NCBI GenBank assembly: GCA_964035545.1
Contig: OZ037769.1
Span: 9,446,129 to 9,510,128, forward strand
Direction: 5' to 3'
DNA from: Bugula neritina
Lineage: Eukaryota > Animalia > Bryozoa
DNA: 64,000 bases
Below the pieces are notes generated by a model. The model saw only the letters and a list, made by a program, of their open reading frames with translations, was not told the origin of the DNA and made no database searches. The position numbers and the translations under genes were made by a program. Shown here one piece after another: positions 59,940-64,000 of this stretch (the first letter of the stretch is position 1; each line of letters begins with the position of its first letter).

Positions 59940-62900
59940 TGTCTTAAATGATGGAGCTATAATTTGACAGAGCTCTTTATTGCACTAAATATTACAAGCA
60001 ACTGAACTAAAAACAAAGAACATAAGTAGCACACATAAGTCGATAGCTATAAAATTGCTATTACAGATTAGCAGCTGAGTACAGTAGGCATAAGCTGAGA
60101 AACAGAAGCACATTGAAATAACATCAACTGATTCAATGTGTGGCTATAAACATATTTACTGACAACACTTTCGCTTAGTACACATTGAATCTAATTTATA
60201 TACAAGTGTTTATGGAGTTGTAAAAATCTAGTTTTAGGTATTGGCTTTGTCAACAGGTCTGCCAGCATTATCCCACTTGGACAAAAGCTTGTTGCTACAG
60301 TTTTTGAGTTAACGGCTTCCCTAACATAGTGGTATTTAATGTCCATGTGCTTGATACGCTTGGTGCTTCTGTTATTGTTAGCAATGGCTGATTGAATTGA
60401 TTGATTGATTGTCTACATTAATAACAGTTGTGTCCGGGGTTGGACTATCTGTATCTGTTAGGAGTTGTCTTAACCAGACCGCTTCTTTTGTAGCTTCAAA
60501 CAATAAGATGTATTCTGACTCAGCAGTTGAGAGGGCAACCGTATTTTGTCGCTTGCTAAACCATGTGATAAGATTGTCTGCATATGAGAATACTACCCCA
60601 GTTGTTGAGTGCCGATCATCACTATTATCTGCCCAACTAGCATCTGAATATCCAATTAATGTTCCATTATTTTTTTCTGTAATTAAAGGATTGCTCTATC
60701 TTGTCTAATAAATGGCCATTTAGGTCAAACACACATAATATTGTGTTTTTCTAAGCATGCATTGACAAAAAGCATTTGACCAAAGGTAGAAAAAGTTAGT
60801 TGAAGTTGAGGGTGTAGATTGGTAACAGCCAAAACGCCGATTTTGAAATGAGCTGGGAACTGTGACGTAACAGCGCCAGCATTCCTGCTGGTCACGTGAC
60901 TATACAAATGAATAACTATAGAAATATGACTGTGAGATGTGATCTTTCAGCTCGTAATTTGTATATTTATAGAAGTGCAAATGTGAATTATCTCAATCTA
61001 TAGTTTTTTGACATGTTAAATAACATGTATGTGATAACGTTAGGCCATATTTTGCTTGTAAGCATAGAAAAAAGCATTGCAAAAACATGCATTCTTTAGG
61101 TGAATGCCTGCGATCGATCTAAACTAGGTCAAATTGTACAATATTACGGGCGCACCAAAGCTGACCTATATAGCGCACTGTAACTGCTTGAGCGTTATTG
61201 GTTGATGTTGCGCTCAGCAACCTTGAATACTAGCGTTATAGTTAGCACGTGCAGCATAGTTACTGGCGTTCACACGTCACGTATTAGGCTATTCTTTTTC
61301 ATGGCTGAAAATTTTACCTCCCTCAAAATTGGAATTTTGAAAAGCTGTTTTCTAGGCATATATCCCTTTGCAAAGTCACAATTGTTTGCATACACATTAG
61401 ATTATAGTTCATAATTATAATGTGATTGTAATAAACTAAGATAGAGCAATCCTTTAAGTCCAGCATCACTAAAACCTTTCAAATATTGCAAAACACGTTT
61501 AGCTGCAGTAAGGTGTGTTACAGTGGGGCAGGAATTGAACTTAGAAAGGACTCCCACTGCATAGGCAATGTCAGGTCGGGTTGCATCAGCAAGGTATAGT
61601 AGACTGCCTACGATTGACTGGTACAGTTTTTGATCAACTGGTTTGCTTCCATCTGATTTGACCAGCTTTACATCCATAGCCGCAGGTGTAGATACTGGAT
61701 TACAGTTTTCCTTTCCGAACTTTGTGAGTACTTGTTTGATGAAGGCCTGCTGACTTATTTTTGGGAAGTCTCCTCCATGCTCTATTGACATACCGAGAAG
61801 GAAATGTAGTTTACCCAAGTCTTTCATTGCAAATCTCTTGGCTAGTCTTTGTTTAACCTGAAGCAAAGCAAATTCAGTGCTTGACATAATCACAAGATCA
61901 TCTACATAAATAGCAATAATGGTTTTTACATTTTTGACGGACTTTACATATATGCACTGGTCAGCAGATGACTGAGTAAAAAAAATTTATCTAGAACAGC
62001 ATTCCAACACCTAGGTGATTGCTTGAGGCCATAGATTGACTTGTTGAGTTTACACACTAGTTTCTCTTTTCCCTGCTTCACGGAACCCTCTGGTTGTGAC
62101 ATATATATCTCTTCACTTATATGTCCATTTAGGAAAGCGGTTATTACGTTCATATGATAAATGTACATGTTGTTGCAGAGAGCATAAGCTAGCAAGGCTC
62201 TTAATGATGGATATTTGGCTACTGGCGCATACGTTTCGTCATAGTCGACACCAGCTTGTTGTGTAAACCATCGAGCTACTGGTTGACTTTTGTAGCACTC
62301 AATGTTTCCGTCTTTGTTGTAATTAGATCTGAATACCCATTTGCAGTCAATCGTCTGACGGTGGCTAGGTAAAGGAACAAGCTCCCATGTATTGTTCTCA
62401 ACCAAAGAGTCGTATTCAGCTTGTGCTGTAGCTAGCCATTCTCTTGACTGTGGACTGGTCAATACTTTTGCATAGCTTTTAGAATTTAGGTCCTACAATT
62501 TCTTGGGCGTAGCATGCTCTGGGACTGGTTTCTGCTGCTACAGACGAGTTGCTATATTCGTCCATACCAAATCTTACTGGAGGGCGATGTGTTCGAGTAG
62601 ATCTATGTGGTTCATCACAGCTTGGAGCATCAGAGTTGTCCTCAGTTGGGGCATCAGAGTTGTCTTGAGTTTGCATGTCTGCAGAAAACCCGTTTGCATG
62701 TAGAGTTGCCTCCATTATTACGTTTGTAACTCCTGCACCAAATTTTGTTTTGTCAAATGTAACATCACGTCTGATTATAACCTTTTTGGAGTTGGGATTG
62801 TACAGCCGGTACCCTTTTGACTGTAAGGCATAGCCCACCAAAACCATATTTTCTGCTTTGCTATCGAGTTTTGACCTGAGTTGCTCAGGAATATGACTGT

Positions 62901-64000
62901 AAGCGAGACATCCAAATACTCTAATATGACTTATATTTGGCTTATGACCAAACCAGCGTTCACGAGGTGTCGCTGATGTTGCTTTGGTGGGCAGACGATG
63001 TCTTGTGTATGCAGCAGTGTTGTTAGCTTCAGCCCAAAATAATTTTGGTAAACCTGATTGAATTATCATAGCTCTAGCTGACTCGTATACCGTATGATTC
63101 AAACGCTCAACAACACCGTTTTGCTCTAGCGAGTATCTTGCAGTGGATTGGTGTTGAATGCCTTGTGACAATAAGTACTGTTCAAAGCTTTTGCTGGTGT
63201 ACTCACCACCACCATCACTACGGAGCTAACCAATTTTCAAACCTGTTAATTTGTCACTAATGCCTGAAACTCCCTAAACCTATCAAAAACCTCTGATTTT
63301 TCTTTAATAAAATACACATAAGAATATCTTGAAAAAATTGTCAATAAAAGATACAAAATATGCACTGCCTCCAATAGACTTTGTTTTCATAAGACCACAA
63401 ACATCTGTATGCACTAATTCAAGTGGTCTACTAGACTTGATACCTACATGCTTACTAAAACATTTTCTAGTCATTTTGCCTTTGATGCATGGCTCATGCA
63501 CACCTACATGTACATTAGATAAATTTGCCCCTACTGCTAACCTATTATGTTGAGCAGATTGAATGCTTTGCGTGCCAGCATGTCCAAGGCGTTGATGCCA
63601 CAAATCAGTATCACTAGCAGGGAAGCAATGTGGTAGTTCGAGTACATAGTGTCCAGATAACATAGTTTATTGCAGAGTGTTGTTGTTGCACGCAGCTTTC
63701 CTGATTTGTTTTTCAGCCAACAACGACCATGTCCAAGTTACACTATAAGATTCTTCTCTGCTGCTGATCGTACTGAAAACAGATTAGCTTTCAGTCCAGG
63801 CACATGTAATACGCCATACATTGTGTTCGTCTTTATTTGTTGGCCTCTTGTGCGAGTGAAAATTTCTATATTTCCCCTGCCAACGACTTCCAGCACATGA
63901 CCACCAAGAGTAACTTTCTGTGGAACTTCAAAAATGTTGTATACCTTAAATAGATCCTTGTTGTGTGTCATATGTGAAGTAGCACCTGAGTCTATGACCA
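59940..64000 (-). mobile_element. Decayed Ty1/Copia LTR retrotransposon (protease-integrase-RT-RNase H), continues beyond the window
   Basis: Minus strand in Copia order: VIDSGATSHMT (protease, ~63990), LWHQRLGH and LELVHTDVCG (integrase), EQNGVVERLN, WELVPLP..CKWVF and KSIYGLKQSPRCW (RT), TRPDIAYAV, YSDASWAD..DRHSTTG and KRIKHMDIKYHYVRE (RNase H). Frameshifts present. Putative 3' LTR ~59940-60167; its left boundary is uncertain. Confidence 0.92.
60687..61453. mobile_element. TTAA-specific MITE (Kolobok-like), copy 2, nested in Copia pol
   Basis: TTAA at 60683-60686 and 61454-61457. Removing the element rejoins ...GFSDAGL|NYRK... between RT and RNase H. Confidence 0.9.

Overview
AT-rich, intron-rich eukaryotic (invertebrate metazoan-type) genomic window. 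Four host genes can be reconstructed by hand. RNF25 (+, 2.7-5.6 kb) converges on FAM20B xylosylkinase (-, 6.0-7.4 kb), whose first coding intron appears to be GC-AG. A divergent NET-family (NocA/Elbow/ZNF503-like) zinc-finger gene lies at 18.5-20.2 kb (-). A 28-kb PGAP1 GPI inositol-deacylase gene lies at 30.0-58.3 kb (-). The rest is transposons, minisatellites and low-complexity DNA. Three elements stand out. (1) A 330-bp miniature LTR retrotransposon (57175-57504, 5-bp TSD) whose 105-bp LTRs are mostly a tRNA-like Pol III cassette, and whose primer-binding position is complementary to the 5' end (nt 1-12), not the 3' end, of tRNA-Phe. (2) A very young, non-autonomous Ty3/Gypsy element (9440-14700, apparently identical LTRs). 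It lacks RT/RNase H and the integrase core but keeps open frames, and it carries an extra, apparently spliced gene for a tandem zinc-finger/coiled-coil/Arg-rich protein. (3) A 3.7-kb fold-back DNA transposon that is palindromic almost to its centre, inside a PGAP1 intron. A decayed Copia element with a nested TTAA MITE runs off the right end. All assignments come from manual reading and remembered family motifs; no searches were run.
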